Assembly: GCA_965644495.1 (NCBI GenBank)
Contig: CBFFSA010000011.1
Span: forward strand, 558,001-622,000
DNA from: Perkinsela sp. CCAP 1560/9
Taxonomy: Eukaryota; Protista; Euglenozoa: Kinetoplastea
Reading direction: 5' to 3'
Length of the DNA: 64,000 nucleotides
In this document: positions 26,151 to 39,820 of the stretch, piece by piece
Position numbering within the stretch: position 1 is the first letter of the stretch
How the letters are laid out: the number at the start of each line of letters is the position of its first letter
Program-made: the position numbers and the translations under genes
The notes under the pieces: model-generated
What the model saw: only the letters and a program-made list of their open reading frames with translations
What the model was told of the DNA's origin: nothing
The model's database searches: none

Positions 26151-28080
26151 AAACAAAGGTCTTCAAAAAAACAAAGGTCTTCAAAAAAACAAAGGTCTTC
26201 AAAAAAACATAGGTCTTCAAAAAAACAAAGGTCTTCAAAAAAACAAAGGTCTTCAAAAACAAAGGTCTTCAAAAAAACAAAGGTCTTCAAAAAAACAAAG
26301 GTCTTCAAAAAAAGAAAGGTCTTCAAAAACAAACGTCTTCAAAAAAACAAAGGTCTTCAAAAAGTCAAAAGGTCTTCAAAAAAAAAGGTCTTCAAAAAAA
26401 CAAAGGTCTTCAAAAAAACAAAGGTCTTCAAAAAAACAAAGGTCTTCAAAAAAACAAAGGTCTTCAAAAAAACAAAGGTCTTCAAAAAAACAAAGGTCTT
26501 CAAAAAAACAAAGGTCTTCAAAAAAACAAAGGTCTTCAAAAAAACAAAGGTCTTCAAAAAAACAAAAGGTCTTCAAAAAAAGAAAGGTCTTCAAAAAAAC
26601 AAAGGTCTTCAAAAAAACAAAGGTCTTCGAAAAAACAAAGGTCTTCAAAAAAACAAAAGTCTTTAGAAAAACAAAGTCTTCAAAAAATCAAAGGTCTTCA
26701 AAAAAACAAAGGTCTTCAAAAAAACAAAGGTCTTCAAAAAAACAAAGGTCTTCAAAAAAACAAAGGTCTTCAAAAAAACAAAGGTCTTCAAAAAAAACAA
26801 AGGTGATCAAAAAAACAAAGGTCTTCAAAAAAACAAAGGTCTTCAAAAAAAAAAAGGTCTTCAAAAAAACAAAGGTCTTCAAAAAAACAAAGGTCTTCAA
26901 AAAAACAAAGGTCTTCAAAAACAAAGGTCTTCAAAAAAACAAAGGTCTTCAAAAAAACAAAGGTCTTCAAAAAAACAAAGGTCTTCAAAAAAACAAAGGT
27001 CTTCAAAAAAACAAAGGTCTTCAAAAAAACATAGGTCTTCAAAAAAACAAAGGTCTTCAAAAAAACAAAGGTCTTCAAAAAAACAAAGGTCTTCAAAAAA
27101 ACAAAGGTCTTCAAAAACAAAGGTCTTCAAAAAAACAAAGGTCTTCAAAAAAACAAAGGTCTTCAAAAAAAGAAAGGTCTTCAAAAAAAACAAAGGTCTT
27201 CAAAAACAAACGTCTTCAAAAAAACAAAGGTCTTCAAAAAGTCAAAAGGTCTTCAAAAAAAAAGGTCTTCAAAAAAACAAAGGTCTTCAAAAAAACAAAG
27301 GTCTTCAAAAAAACAAAAGGTCTTCAAAAAAAGAAAGGTCTTCAAAAAAACAAAGGTCTTCAAAAAAACAAAGGTCTTCGAAAAAACAAAGGTCTTCAAA
27401 AAAACAAAGGTCTTCAAAAAAACAAAGGTCTTCAAAAAAACAAAGGTCTTCAAAAAAACAAAGGTCTTCAAAAAAACATAGGTCTTCAAAAAAACAAAGG
27501 TCATCAAAAAAACAAAGGTCTTCAAAAAAACAAAGGTCTTCAAAAAAAAAAAGGTCTTCAAAAAAACAAAGGTCTTCAAAAAAAAAAAGGTCTTCAAAAA
27601 AAACAAAGGTCTTCAAAAAAACAAAAGTCTTCAAAAAAACAAAGTCTTCAAAAAATCAAAGGTCTTCAAAAAAACAAAGGTCTTCAAAAAAACAAAGGTC
27701 TTCAAAAAAACAAAGGTCTTCAAAAAAACAAAGGTCTTCAAAAAAACAAAGGTCTTCAAAAAAACAAAGGTCTTCAAAAAAACAAAGGTCTTCAAAAAAA
27801 CATAGGTCTTCAAAAAAACAAAGGTCTTCAAAAAAACAAAGGTCTTCAAAAACAAAGGTCTTCAAAAAAACAAAGGTCTTCAAAAAAACAAAGGTCTTCA
27901 AAAAAAGAAAGGTCTTCAAAAACAAACGTCTTCAAAAAAACAAAGGTCTTCAAAAAGTCAAAAGGTCTTCAAAAAAAAAGGTCTTCAAAAAAACAAAGGT
28001 CTTCAAAAAAACAAAGGTCTTCAAAAAAACAAAGGTCTTCAAAAAAACAAAGGTCTTCAAAAAAACAAAGGTCTTCAAAA
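24860..28080 (+). repeat. Tandem duplication, period 1,593 bp
   Basis: TGATCA at 25211/26804 and TTTAGAAAA near 25069/26662. ORFs 25095..25331/26688..26924, 25660..26013/27253..27606 and 26063..26332/27656..27925. Confidence 0.93.
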
Positions 28081-28559
28081 AAACATAGGTCTTCAAAAAA
28101 ACAAAGGTCATCAAAAAAACAAAGGTCTTCAAAAAAACAAAGGTCTTCAAAAAAAAAAAGGTCTTCAAAAAAACAAAGGTCTTCAAAAAAACAAAGGTCT
28201 TCAAAAAAACAAAGGTCTTCAAAAAAACAAAGGTCTTCAAAAAAACAAAGGTCTTCAAAAAAACAAAGGTCTTCAAAAAAACAAAGGTCTTCAAAAACAA
28301 AGGTCTTCAAAAAAACAAAGGTCTTCAAAAAAACAAAGGTCTTCAAAAAAAGAAAGGTCTTCAAAAACAAACGTCTTCAAAAAAACAAAGGTCTTCAAAA
28401 AGTCAAAAGGTCTTCAAAAAAAAAGGTCTTCAAAAAAACAAAGGTCTTCAAAAAAACAAAGGTCTTCAAAAAAACAAAAGGTCTTCAAAAAAAGAAAGGT
28501 CTTCAAAAAAACAAAGGTCTTCAAAAAAACAAAGGTCTTCGAAAAAACAAAGGTCTTCA

Positions 28560-31500
28560 AAAAAACAAAGGTCTTCAAAAAAACAAAGGTCTTCAAAAAA
28601 ACAAAGGTCTTCAAAAAAACAAAGGTCTTCAAAAAAACATAGGTCTTCAAAAAAACAAAGGTCATCAAAAAAACAAAGGTCTTCAAAAAAACAAAGGTCT
28701 TCAAAAAAAAAAAGGTCTTCAAAAAAACAAAGGTCTTCAAAAAAACAAAGGTCTTCAAAAAAACAAAGGTCTTCAAAAAAACAAAGGTCTTCAAAAAAAC
28801 AAAGGTCTTCAAAAAAACAAAGGTCTTCAAAAAAACAAAGGTCTTCAAAAACAAAGGTCTTCAAAAAAACAAAGGTCTTCAAAAAAACAAAGGTCTTCAA
28901 AAAAAGAAAGGTCTTCAAAAACAAACGTCTTCAAAAAAACAAAGGTCTTCAAAAAGTCAAAAGGTCTTCAAAAAAAAAGGTCTTCAAAAAAACAAAGGTC
29001 TTCAAAAAAACAAAGGTCTTCAAAAAAACAAAAGGTCTTCAAAAAAAGAAAGGTCTTCAAAAAAACAAAGGTCTTCAAAAAAACAAAGGTCTTCGAAAAA
29101 ACAAAGGTCTTCAAAAAAACAAAGGTCTTCAAAAAAACAAAGGTCTTCAAAAAAACAAAGGTCTTCAAAAAAACAAAGGTCTTCAAAAAAACATAGGTCT
29201 TCAAAAAAACAAAGGTCATCAAAAAAACAAAGGTCTTCAAAAAAACAAAGGTCTTCAAAAAAAAAAAGGTCTTCAAAAAAACAAAGGTCTTCAAAAAAAA
29301 AAAGGTCTTCAAAAAAAACAAAGGTCTTCAAAAAAACAAAAGTCTTCAAAAAAACAAAGTCTTCAAAAAATCAAAGGTCTTCAAAAAAACAAAGGTCTTC
29401 AAAAAAACAAAGGTCTTCAAAAAAACAAAGGTCTTCAAAAAAACAAAGGTCTTCAAAAAAACAAAGGTCTTCAAAAAAACAAAGGTCTTCAAAAAAACAA
29501 AGGTCTTCAAAAAAACATAGGTCTTCAAAAAAACAAAGGTCATCAAAAAAACAAAGGTCTTCAAAAAAACAAAGTCTTCAAAAAAAAAAAGGTCTTCAAA
29601 AAAACAAAGGTCTTCAAAAAAACAAAGGTCTTCAAAAAAACAAAGGTCTTCAAAAAAACAAAGGTCTTCAAAAAAACAAAGGTCTTCAAAAAAACAAAGG
29701 TCTTCAAAAAAACAAAGGTCTTCAAAAACAAAGGTCTTCAAAAAAACAAAGGTCTTCAAAAAAACAAAGGTCTTCAAAAAAAGAAAGGTCTTCAAAAAAA
29801 ACAAAGGTCTTCAAAAACAAAGGTCTTCAAAAAAACAAAGGTCTTCAAAAAGTCAAAAGGTCTTCAAAAAAAAAGGTCTTCAAAAAAACAAAGGTCTTCA
29901 AAAAAACAAAGGTCTTCAAAAAAACAAAAGGTCTTCAAAAAAAGAAAGGTCTTCAAAAAAACAAAGGTCTTCAAAAAAACAAAGGTCTTCGAAAAAACAA
30001 AGGTCTTCAAAAAAACAAAGGTCTTCAAAAAAACAAAGGTCTTCAAAAAAACAAAGGTCTTCAAAAAAACAAAGGTCTTCAAAAAAACAAAGGTCTTCAA
30101 AAACAAAGGTCTTCAAAAAAACAAAGGTCTTCAAAAAAACCAAGGTCTTCAAAAAAAGAAAGGTCTTCAAAAAAAACAAAGGTCTTCAAAAACAAACGTC
30201 TTCAAAAAAACAAAGGTCTTCAAAAAGTCAAAAGGTCTTCAAAAAAAAAGGTCTTCAAAAAAACAAAGGTCTTCAAAAAAACAAAGGTCTTCAAAAAAAC
30301 AAAAGGTCTCCAAAAAAAGAAAGGTCTTCAAAAAAACAAAGGTCTTCAAAAAAACAAAGGTCTGCAAAAACAAAGGTCTTCAAAAAAACAAAGGTCTTCA
30401 AAAAAACAAAGGTCTTCAAAAAAACAAAGGTCTTCAAAAAAACAAAGGTCTTCAAAAAAACAAAGGTCTTCAAAAAAACAAAGGTCTTCAAAAAAACATA
30501 GGTCTTCAAAAAAACAAAGGTCATCAAAAAAACAAAGGTCTTCAAAAAAACAAAGGTCTTCAAAAAAAAAAAGGTCTTCAAAAAAACAAAGGTCTTCAAA
30601 AAAACAAAGGTCTTCAAAAAAACAAAGGTCTTCAAAAAAACAAAGGTCTTCAAAAAAACAAAGGTCTTCAAAAAAACAAAGGTCTTCAAAAAAACAAAGG
30701 TCTTCAAAAACAAAGGTCTTCAAAAAAACAAAGGTCTTCAAAAAAACAAAGGTCTTCAAAAAAAGAAAGGTCTTCAAAAACAAACGTCTTCAAAAAAACA
30801 AAGGTCTTCAAAAAGTCAAAAGGTCTTCAAAAAAAAAGGTCTTCAAAAAAACAAAGGTCTTCAAAAAAACAAAGGTCTTCAAAAAAACAAAAGGTCTTCA
30901 AAAAAAGAAAGGTCTTCAAAAAAACAAAGGTCTTCAAAAAAACAAAGGTCTTCGAAAAAACAAAGGTCTTCAAAAAAACAAAGGTCTTCAAAAAAACAAA
31001 GGTCTTCAAAAAAACAAAGGTCTTCAAAAAAACAAAGGTCTTCAAAAAAACATAGGTCTTCAAAAAAACAAAGGTCATCAAAAAAACAAAGGTCTTCAAA
31101 AAAACAAAGGTCTTCAAAAAAAAAAAGGTCTTCAAAAAAACAAAGGTCTTCAAAAAAAAAAAGGTCTTCAAAAAAAACAAAGGTCTTCAAAAAAACAAAA
31201 GTCTTCAAAAAAACAAAGTCTTCAAAAAATCAAAGGTCTTCAAAAAAACAAAGGTCTTCAAAAAAACAAAGGTCTTCAAAAAAACAAAGGTCTTCAAAAA
31301 AACAAAGGTCTTCAAAAAAACAAAGGTCTTCAAAAAAACAAAGGTCTTCAAAAAAACAAAGGTCTTCAAAAAAACATAGGTCTTCAAAAAAACAAAGGTC
31401 ATCAAAAAAACAAAGGTCTTCAAAAAAACAAAGGTCTTCAAAAAAAAAAAGGTCTTCAAAAAAACAAAGGTCTTCAAAAAAACAAAGGTCTTCAAAAAAA

Positions 31501-32280
31501 CAAAGGTCTTCAAAAAAACAAAGGTCTTCAAAAAAACAAAGGTCTTCAAAAAAACAAAGGTCTTCAAAAAAACAAAGGTCTTCAAAAACAAAGGTCTTCA
31601 AAAAAACAAAGGTCTTCAAAAAAACAAAGGTCTTCAAAAAAAGAAAGGTCTTCAAAAAAAACAAAGGTCTTCAAAAACAAAGGTCTTCAAAAAAACAAAG
31701 GTCTTCAAAAAGTCAAAAGGTCTTCAAAAAAAAAGGTCTTCAAAAAAACAAAGGTCTTCAAAAAAACAAAGGTCTTCAAAAAAACAAAAGGTCTTCAAAA
31801 AAAGAAAGGTCTTCAAAAAAACAAAGGTCTTCAAAAAAACAAAGGTCTTCGAAAAAACAAAGGTCTTCAAAAAAACAAAGGTCTTCAAAAAAACAAAGGT
31901 CTTCAAAAAAACAAAGGTCTTCAAAAAAACAAAGGTCTTCAAAAAAACAAAGGTCTTCAAAAACAAAGGTCTTCAAAAAAACAAAGGTCTTCAAAAAAAC
32001 CAAGGTCTTCAAAAAAAGAAAGGTCTTCAAAAAAAACAAAGGTCTTCAAAAACAAACGTCTTCAAAAAAACAAAGGTCTTCAAAAAGTCAAAAGGTCTTC
32101 AAAAAAAAAGGTCTTCAAAAAAACAAAGGTCTTCAAAAAAACAAAGGTCTTCAAAAAAACAAAAGGTCTCCAAAAAAAGAAAGGTCTTCAAAAAAACAAA
32201 GGTCTTCAAAAAAACAAAGGTCTGCAAAAACAAAGGTCTTCAAAAAAACAAAGGTCTTCAAAAAAACAAAGGTCTTCAAA
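28560..32280 (+). repeat. Tandem duplication, period 1,859-1,860 bp
   Basis: GGTCTC at 30305/32165, GGTCTGC near 30359/32219 and CCAAGG 30140/32000. ORFs 28968..29321/30827..31180 (1859) and 29864..30106/31724..31966 (1860). A single-G deletion near 29,573 in the first copy explains the 1-bp shift. Confidence 0.92.
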
Positions 32281-34779
32281 AAAACAAAAGTCTTCAAAAA
32301 AACAAAGGTCTTCAAAAAAACAAAGGTCTTCAAAAAAACAAAGGTCTTCAAAAAAACAAAGGTCTTCAAAAAAACAAAGGTCTTCAAAAAAACAAAGGTC
32401 TTCAAAAAAACAAAGGTCTTCAAAAAAACAAAGGTCTTCAAAAAAACATAGGTCTTCAAAAAAACAAAGGTCATCAAAAAAACAAAGGTCTTCAAAAAAA
32501 CAAAGGTCTTCAAAAAAAAAAAGGTCTTCAAAAAAACAAAGGTCTTCAAAAAAACAAAGGTCTTCAAAAAAACAAAGGTCTTCAAAAAAACAAAGGTCTT
32601 CAAAAAAACAAAGGTCTTCAAAAAAACAAAGGTCTTCAAAAAAACAAAGGTCTTCAAAAACAAAGGTCTTCAAAAAAACAAAGGTCTTCAAAAAAACAAA
32701 GGTCTTCAAAAAAAGAAAGGTCTTCAAAAAAAACAAAGGTCTTCAAAAACAAAGGTCTTCAAAAAAACAAAGGTCTTCAAAAAGTCAAAAGGTCTTCAAA
32801 AAAAAAGGTCTTCAAAAAAACAAAGGTCTTCTAAAAAACAAAGGTCTTCAAAAAAACAAAAGGTCTTCAAAAAAAGAAAGGTCTTCAAAAAAACAAAGGT
32901 CTTCAAAAAAACAAAGGTCTTCGAAAAAACAAAGGTCTTCAAAAAAACAAAGGTCTTCAAAAAAACAAAGGTCTTCAAAAAAACAAAGGTCTTCAAAAAA
33001 ACAAAGGTCTTCAAAAAAACAAAGGTCTTCAAAAAAACAAAAGGTCTTCAAAAAAAGAAAGGTCTTCAAAAAAACAAAGGTCTTCAAAAAAACAAAGGTC
33101 TTCGAAAAAACAAAGGTCTTCAAAAAAACAAAGGTCTTCAAAAAAACAAAAGTCTTTAAAAAAACAAAGTCTTCAAAAAATCAAAGGTCTTCAAAAAAAC
33201 AAAGGTCTTCAAAAAAACAAAGGTCTTCAAAAAAACAAAGGTCTTCAAAAAAACAAAGGTCTTCAAAAAAACAAAGGTCTTCAAAAAAACATAGGTCTTC
33301 AAAAAAACAAAGGTCTTCAAAAAAACAAAGGTCTTCAAAAAAAAAAAGGTCTTCAAAAAAAAAAAGGTCTTCAAAAAAAACAAAGGTCTTCAAAAAGTCA
33401 AAAGGTCTTCAAAAAAAAAGGTCTTCAAAAAAACAAAGGTCTTCAAAAAAACAAAGGTCTTCAAAAAAACAAAAGGTCTTCAAAAAAAGAAAGGTCTTCA
33501 AAAAAACAAAGGTCTTCAAAAAAACAAAGGTCTTCAAAAAAAAAAAGGTCTTCAAAAAAAACAAAGGTCTTCAAAAAAACAAAAGTCTTCAAAAAAACAA
33601 AGTCTTCAAAAAATCAAAGGTCTTCAAAAAAACAAAGGTCTTCAAAAAAACAAAGGTCTTCAAAAAAACAAAGGTCTTCAAAAAAATAAAGGTCTTCAAA
33701 AAGACAAAGGTCTTCAAAAAAACAAAGGTCTTCAAAAAAACAAAGGTCTTCAAAAAAACAAAGGTCTTCAAAAACAAAGGTCTTCAAAAAAACAAAGGTC
33801 TTCAAAAAAACAAAGGTCTTCAAAAAAAGAAAGGTCTTCAAAAAAAACAAAGGTCTTCAAAAACAAAGGTCTTCAAAAAAACAAAGGTCTTCAAAAAGTC
33901 AAAAGGTCTTCAAAAAAAAAGGTCTTCAAAAAAACAAAGGTCTTCAAAAAAACAAAGGTCTTCAAAAAAACAAAAGGTCTTCAAAAAAAGAAAGGTCTTC
34001 AAAAAAACCAAGGTCTTCAAAAAAACAAAGGTCTTCGAAAAAACAAAGGTCTTCAAAAAAACAAAGGTCTTCAAAAAAACAAAGGTCTTCAAAAAAACAA
34101 AGGTCTTCAAAAAAAAAAAGGTCTTCAAAAAAAACAAAGGTCTTCAAAAAAACAAAAGTCTTCAAAAAAACAAAGGTCTTCAAAAAAACAAAGGTCTTCA
34201 AAAAAACAAAGGTCTTCAAAAAAACAAAAGGTCTTCAAAAAAAGAAAGGTCTTCAAAAAAACAAAGGTCTTCAAAAAAACAAAGGTCTTCGAAAAAACAA
34301 AGGTCTTCAAAAAAAAAAAGGTCTTCAAAAAAAACAAAGGTCTTCAAAAAAACAAAAGTCTTCAAAAAAAGAAAGGTCTTCAAAAAAAGAAAGGTCTTCA
34401 AAAAAACAAAGGTCTTCGAAAAAACAAAGGTCTTCAAAAAAACAAAGGTCTTCAAAAAAAAAAAGGTCTTCAAAAAAAACAAAGGTCTTCAAAAAAACAA
34501 AAGTCTTCAAAAAAACAAAGGTCTTCAAAAAAACAAAGGTCTTCAAAAAAACAAAGGTCTTCAAAAAAACAAAAGGTCTTCAAAAAAAGAAAGGTCTTCA
34601 AAAAAACAAAGGTCTTCAAAAAAACAAAGGTCTTCGAAAAAACAAAGGTCTTCAAAAAAACAAAAGTCTTTAAAAAAACAAAGGTCTTCAAAAAAACAAA
34701 GGTCTTCAAAAAAACAAAGGTCTTCAAAAAAACAAAGGTCTTCAAAAAAACAAAAGGTCTTCAAAAAAAGAAAGGTCTT

Positions 34780-37700
34780 CAAAAAAACAAAGGTCTTCAA
34801 AAAAACAAAAGGTCTTCAAAAAAAGAAAGGTCTTCAAAAAAACAAAGGTCTTCAAAAAAACAAAGGTCTTCGAAAAAACAAAGGTCTTCAAAAAAACAAA
34901 GGTCTTCAAAAAAACAAAAGGTCTTCAAAAAAAGAAAGGTCTTCAAAAAAAACAAAGGTCTTCAAAAAAACAAAGGTCTTCAAAAAAAGAAAGGTCTTCA
35001 AAAAAAACAAAGGTCTTCAAAAACAAAGGTCTTCAAAAAAACAAAGGTCTTCAAAAAAAAAAAGGTCTTCAAAAAAACAAAGGTCTTCAAAAAAACAAAG
35101 GTCTTCAAAAACAAAAGTCTTCAAAAAAACAAAGGTCTTCAAAAAAACAAAGGTCTTCAAAAACAAAGGTCTTCAAAAAAACAAAGGTCTTCAAAAAAAC
35201 AAAGGTCTTCAAAAAAACATAGGTCTTCAAAAAAACAAAGGTCTTCAAAAACAAAGGTCTTCAAAAAAACAAAGGTCTTCAAAAAAACAAAGGTCTTCAA
35301 AAAAAGAAAGGTCTTCAAAAAAAACAAAGGTCTTCAAAAACAAAGGTCTTCAAAAAAACAAAGGTCATCAAAAAAACAAAGGTCTTCAAAAAAACAAAGG
35401 TCTTCAAAAAAACAAAGGTCTTCAAAAACAAAGGTCTTCAAAAAAACAAAGGTCTTCAAAAAAACAAAGGTCTTCAAAAAAACAAAGGTCTTCAAAAAAA
35501 CAAAGGTCTTCAAAAAAACAAAGGTCTTCAAAAAAACAAAGGTCTTCAAAAAAACATAGGTCTTCAAAAAAACAAAGGTCTTCAAAAAAACAAAGGTCTT
35601 CAAAAAAACAAAGGTCTTCAAAAAAACAAAGGTCTTCAAAAACAAAGGTCTTCAAAAAAACAAAGGTCTTCAAAAAAACAAAGGTCTTCAAAAAAACAAA
35701 GGTCTTCAAAAACAAAGGTCTTCAAAAAAACAAAGGTCTTCAAAAAAACAAAGGTCTTCAAAAAAAGAAAGGTCTTCAAAAAAAACAAAGGTCTTCAAAA
35801 ACAAAGGTCTTCAAAAAAACAAAGGTCTTCAAAAAAACAAAGGTCTTCAAAAAAACAAAGGTCTTCAAAAAAACAAAGGTCTTCAAAAACAAAGGTCTTC
35901 AAAAAAACAAAGGTCTTCAAAAAAACAAAGGTCTTCAAAAAAACAAAGGTCTTCAAAAAAACAAAGGTCTTCAAAAAAACAAAGGTCTTCAAAAAAACAA
36001 AGGTCTTCAAAAAAACATAGGTCTTCAAAAAAACAAAGGTCTTCAAAAAAACAAAGGTCTTCAAAAAAACAAAGGTCTTCAAAAAAACAAAGGTCTTCAA
36101 AAACAAAGGTCTTCAAAAAAACAAAGGTCTTCAAAAAAACAAAGGTCTTCAAAAAAAGAAAGGTCTTCAAAAAATCAAAGGTCTTCAAAAAAACAAAGGT
36201 CTTCAAAAAAACAAAGGTCTTCAAAAAAACAAAGGTCTTCAAAAAAACAAAGGTCTTCAAAAAAACAAAGGTCTTCAAAAAAACAAAGGTCTTCAAAAAA
36301 ACAAAGGTCTTCAAAAAAACAAAGGTCTTCAAAAAAACAAAGGTCTTCAAAAAAACAAAGGTCTTCAAAAAAACAAAGGTCCTCAAAAAAACAAAGGTCT
36401 TCAAAAAAAACAAAGGTCATCAAAAAAACAAAGGTCTTCAAAAAAACAAAGGTCTTCGAAAAAACAAAGGTCTTCAAAAAAACAAAGGTCTTCAAAAAAA
36501 AAAAGGTCTTCAAAAAAAACAAAGGTCTTCAAAAAAACAAAAGTCTTCAAAAAAACAAAGTCTTCAAAAAATCAAAGGTCTTCAAAAAAACAAAGGTCTT
36601 CAAAAAAACAAAGGTCTTCAAAAAAACAAAGGTCTTCAAAAAAACAAAGGTCCTCAAAAAAACAAAGGTCTTCAAAAAAAACAAAGGTCATCAAAAAAAC
36701 AAAGGTCTTCAAAAAAACAAAGGTCTTCAAAAAAACAAAGGTCTTCAAAAAAACAAAGGTCTTCAAAAAAACAAAGGTCTTCAAAAACAAAGGTCTTCAA
36801 AAAAACAAAGGTCTTCAAAAAGTCAAAAGGTCTTCAAAAAAACAAAAGTCTTCAAAAAAACAAAGTCTTCAAAAAATCAAAGGTCTTCAAAAAAACAAAG
36901 GTCTTCAAAAAAACAAAGGTCTTCAAAAAAACAAAGGTCTTCAAAAAAACAAAGGTCTTCAAAAAAACAAAGGTCTTCAAAAAAACAAAGGTCTTCAAAA
37001 ACAAAGGTCTTCAAAAAAACAAAGGTCTTCAAAAAAACAAAGGTCTTCAAAAAAAGAAAGGTCTTCAAAAAAAACAAACGTCTTCAAAAACAAAGGTCTT
37101 CAAAAAAACAAAGGTCTTCAAAAAGTCAAAAGGTCTTCAAAAAAACAAAGGTCTTCAAAAAAACAAAAGGTCTTCAAAAAAAGAAAGGTCTTCAAAAAAA
37201 CAAAGGTCTTCAAAAAAACAAAGGTCTTCGAAAAAACAAAGGTCTTCAAAAAAACAAAAGTCTTTAAAAAAACAAAGGTCTTCGAAAAAACAAAGGTCTT
37301 CAAAAAAACAAAGGTCTTCAAAAAAACAAAGGTCTTCAAAAAAACAAAGGTCTTCAAAAAAACAAAGGTCTTCGAAAAAACAAAGGTCTTCAAAAAAACA
37401 AAGGTCTTCAAAAAAACAAAGGTCTTCAAAAAAACAAAGGTCTTCAAAAAAACAAAGGTCTTCAAAAAAACAAAGGTCTTCAAAAAAACAAAAGGTCTTC
37501 AAAAAAAGAAAGGTCTTCAAAAAAACAAAGGTCTTCAAAAAAACAAAGGTCTTCGAAAAAACAAAGGTCTTCAAAAAAACAAAGGTCTTCAAAAAAACAA
37601 AAGGTCTTCAAAAAAAGAAAGGTCTTCAAAAAAAACAAAGGTCTTCAAAAAAACAAAGGTCTTCAAAAAAAGAAAGGTCTTCAAAAAAAACAAAGGTCTT

Positions 37701-39820
37701 CAAAAACAAAGGTCTTCAAAAAAACAAAGGTCTTCAAAAAAAAAAAGGTCTTCAAAAAAACAAAGGTCTTCAAAAAAACAAAGGTCTTCAAAAACAAAAG
37801 TCTTCAAAAAAACAAAGGTCTTCAAAAAAACAAAGGTCTTCAAAAACAAAGGTCTTCAAAAAAACAAAGGTCTTCAAAAAAACAAAGGTCTTCAAAAAAA
37901 CATAGGTCTTCAAAAAAACAAAGGTCTTCAAAAACAAAGGTCTTCAAAAAAACAAAGGTCTTCAAAAAAACAAAGGTCTTCAAAAAAAGAAAGGTCTTCA
38001 AAAAAAACAAAGGTCTTCAAAAACAAAGGTCTTCAAAAAAACAAAGGTCATCAAAAAAACAAAGGTCTTCAAAAAAACAAAGGTCTTCAAAAAAACAAAG
38101 GTCTTCAAAAACAAAGGTCTTCAAAAAAACAAAGGTCTTCAAAAAAACAAAGGTCTTCAAAAAAACAAAGGTCTTCAAAAAAACAAAGGTCTTCAAAAAA
38201 ACAAAGGTCTTCAAAAAAACAAAGGTCTTCAAAAAAACATAGGTCTTCAAAAAAACAAAGGTCTTCAAAAAAACAAAGGTCTTCAAAAAAACAAAGGTCT
38301 TCAAAAAAACAAAGGTCTTCAAAAACAAAGGTCTTCAAAAAAACAAAGGTCTTCAAAAAAACAAAGGTCTTCAAAAAAACAAAGGTCTTCAAAAACAAAG
38401 GTCTTCAAAAAAACAAAGGTCTTCAAAAAAACAAAGGTCTTCAAAAAAAGAAAGGTCTTCAAAAAAAACAAAGGTCTTCAAAAACAAAGGTCTTCAAAAA
38501 AACAAAGGTCTTCAAAAAAACAAAGGTCTTCAAAAAAACAAAGGTCTTCAAAAAAACAAAGGTCTTCAAAAACAAAGGTCTTCAAAAAAACAAAGGTCTT
38601 CAAAAAAACAAAGGTCTTCAAAAAAACAAAGGTCTTCAAAAAAACAAAGGTCTTCAAAAAAACAAAGGTCTTCAAAAAAACAAAGGTCTTCAAAAAAACA
38701 TAGGTCTTCAAAAAAACAAAGGTCTTCAAAAAAACAAAGGTCTTCAAAAAAACAAAGGTCTTCAAAAAAACAAAGGTCTTCAAAAACAAAGGTCTTCAAA
38801 AAAACAAAGGTCTTCAAAAAAACAAAGGTCTTCAAAAAAAGAAAGGTCTTCAAAAAATCAAAGGTCTTCAAAAAAACAAAGGTCTTCAAAAAAACAAAGG
38901 TCTTCAAAAAAACAAAGGTCTTCAAAAAAACAAAGGTCTTCAAAAAAACAAAGGTCTTCAAAAAAACAAAGGTCTTCAAAAAAACAAAGGTCTTCAAAAA
39001 AACAAAGGTCTTCAAAAAAACAAAGGTCTTCAAAAAAACAAAGGTCTTCAAAAAAACAAAGGTCCTCAAAAAAACAAAGGTCTTCAAAAAAAACAAAGGT
39101 CATCAAAAAAACAAAGGTCTTCAAAAAAACAAAGGTCTTCGAAAAAACAAAGGTCTTCAAAAAAACAAAGGTCTTCAAAAAAAAAAAGGTCTTCAAAAAA
39201 AACAAAGGTCTTCAAAAAAACAAAAGTCTTCAAAAAAACAAAGTCTTCAAAAAATCAAAGGTCTTCAAAAAAACAAAGGTCTTCAAAAAAACAAAGGTCT
39301 TCAAAAAAACAAAGGTCTTCAAAAAAACAAAGGTCCTCAAAAAAACAAAGGTCTTCAAAAAAAACAAAGGTCATCAAAAAAACAAAGGTCTTCAAAAAAA
39401 CAAAGGTCTTCAAAAAAACAAAGGTCTTCAAAAAAACAAAGGTCTTCAAAAAAACAAAGGTCTTCAAAAACAAAGGTCTTCAAAAAAACAAAGGTCTTCA
39501 AAAAGTCAAAAGGTCTTCAAAAAAACAAAAGTCTTCAAAAAAACAAAGTCTTCAAAAAATCAAAGGTCTTCAAAAAAACAAAGGTCTTCAAAAAAACAAA
39601 GGTCTTCAAAAAAACAAAGGTCTTCAAAAAAACAAAGGTCTTCAAAAAAACAAAGGTCTTCAAAAAAACAAAGGTCTTCAAAAACAAAGGTCTTCAAAAA
39701 AACAAAGGTCTTCAAAAAAACAAAGGTCTTCAAAAAAAGAAAGGTCTTCAAAAAAAACAAACGTCTTCAAAAACAAAGGTCTTCAAAAAAACAAAGGTCT
39801 TCAAAAAGTCAAAAGGTCTT
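34780..39820 (+). repeat. Near-tandem duplication, offset 2,683 bp (about 34,780-37,140 vs about 37,460-39,820)
   Basis: Identical ORFs 35334..35645/38017..38328, 35883..36413/38566..39096 and 36877..37077/39560..39760. CGAA variant at 34871/37554. Confidence 0.92.
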
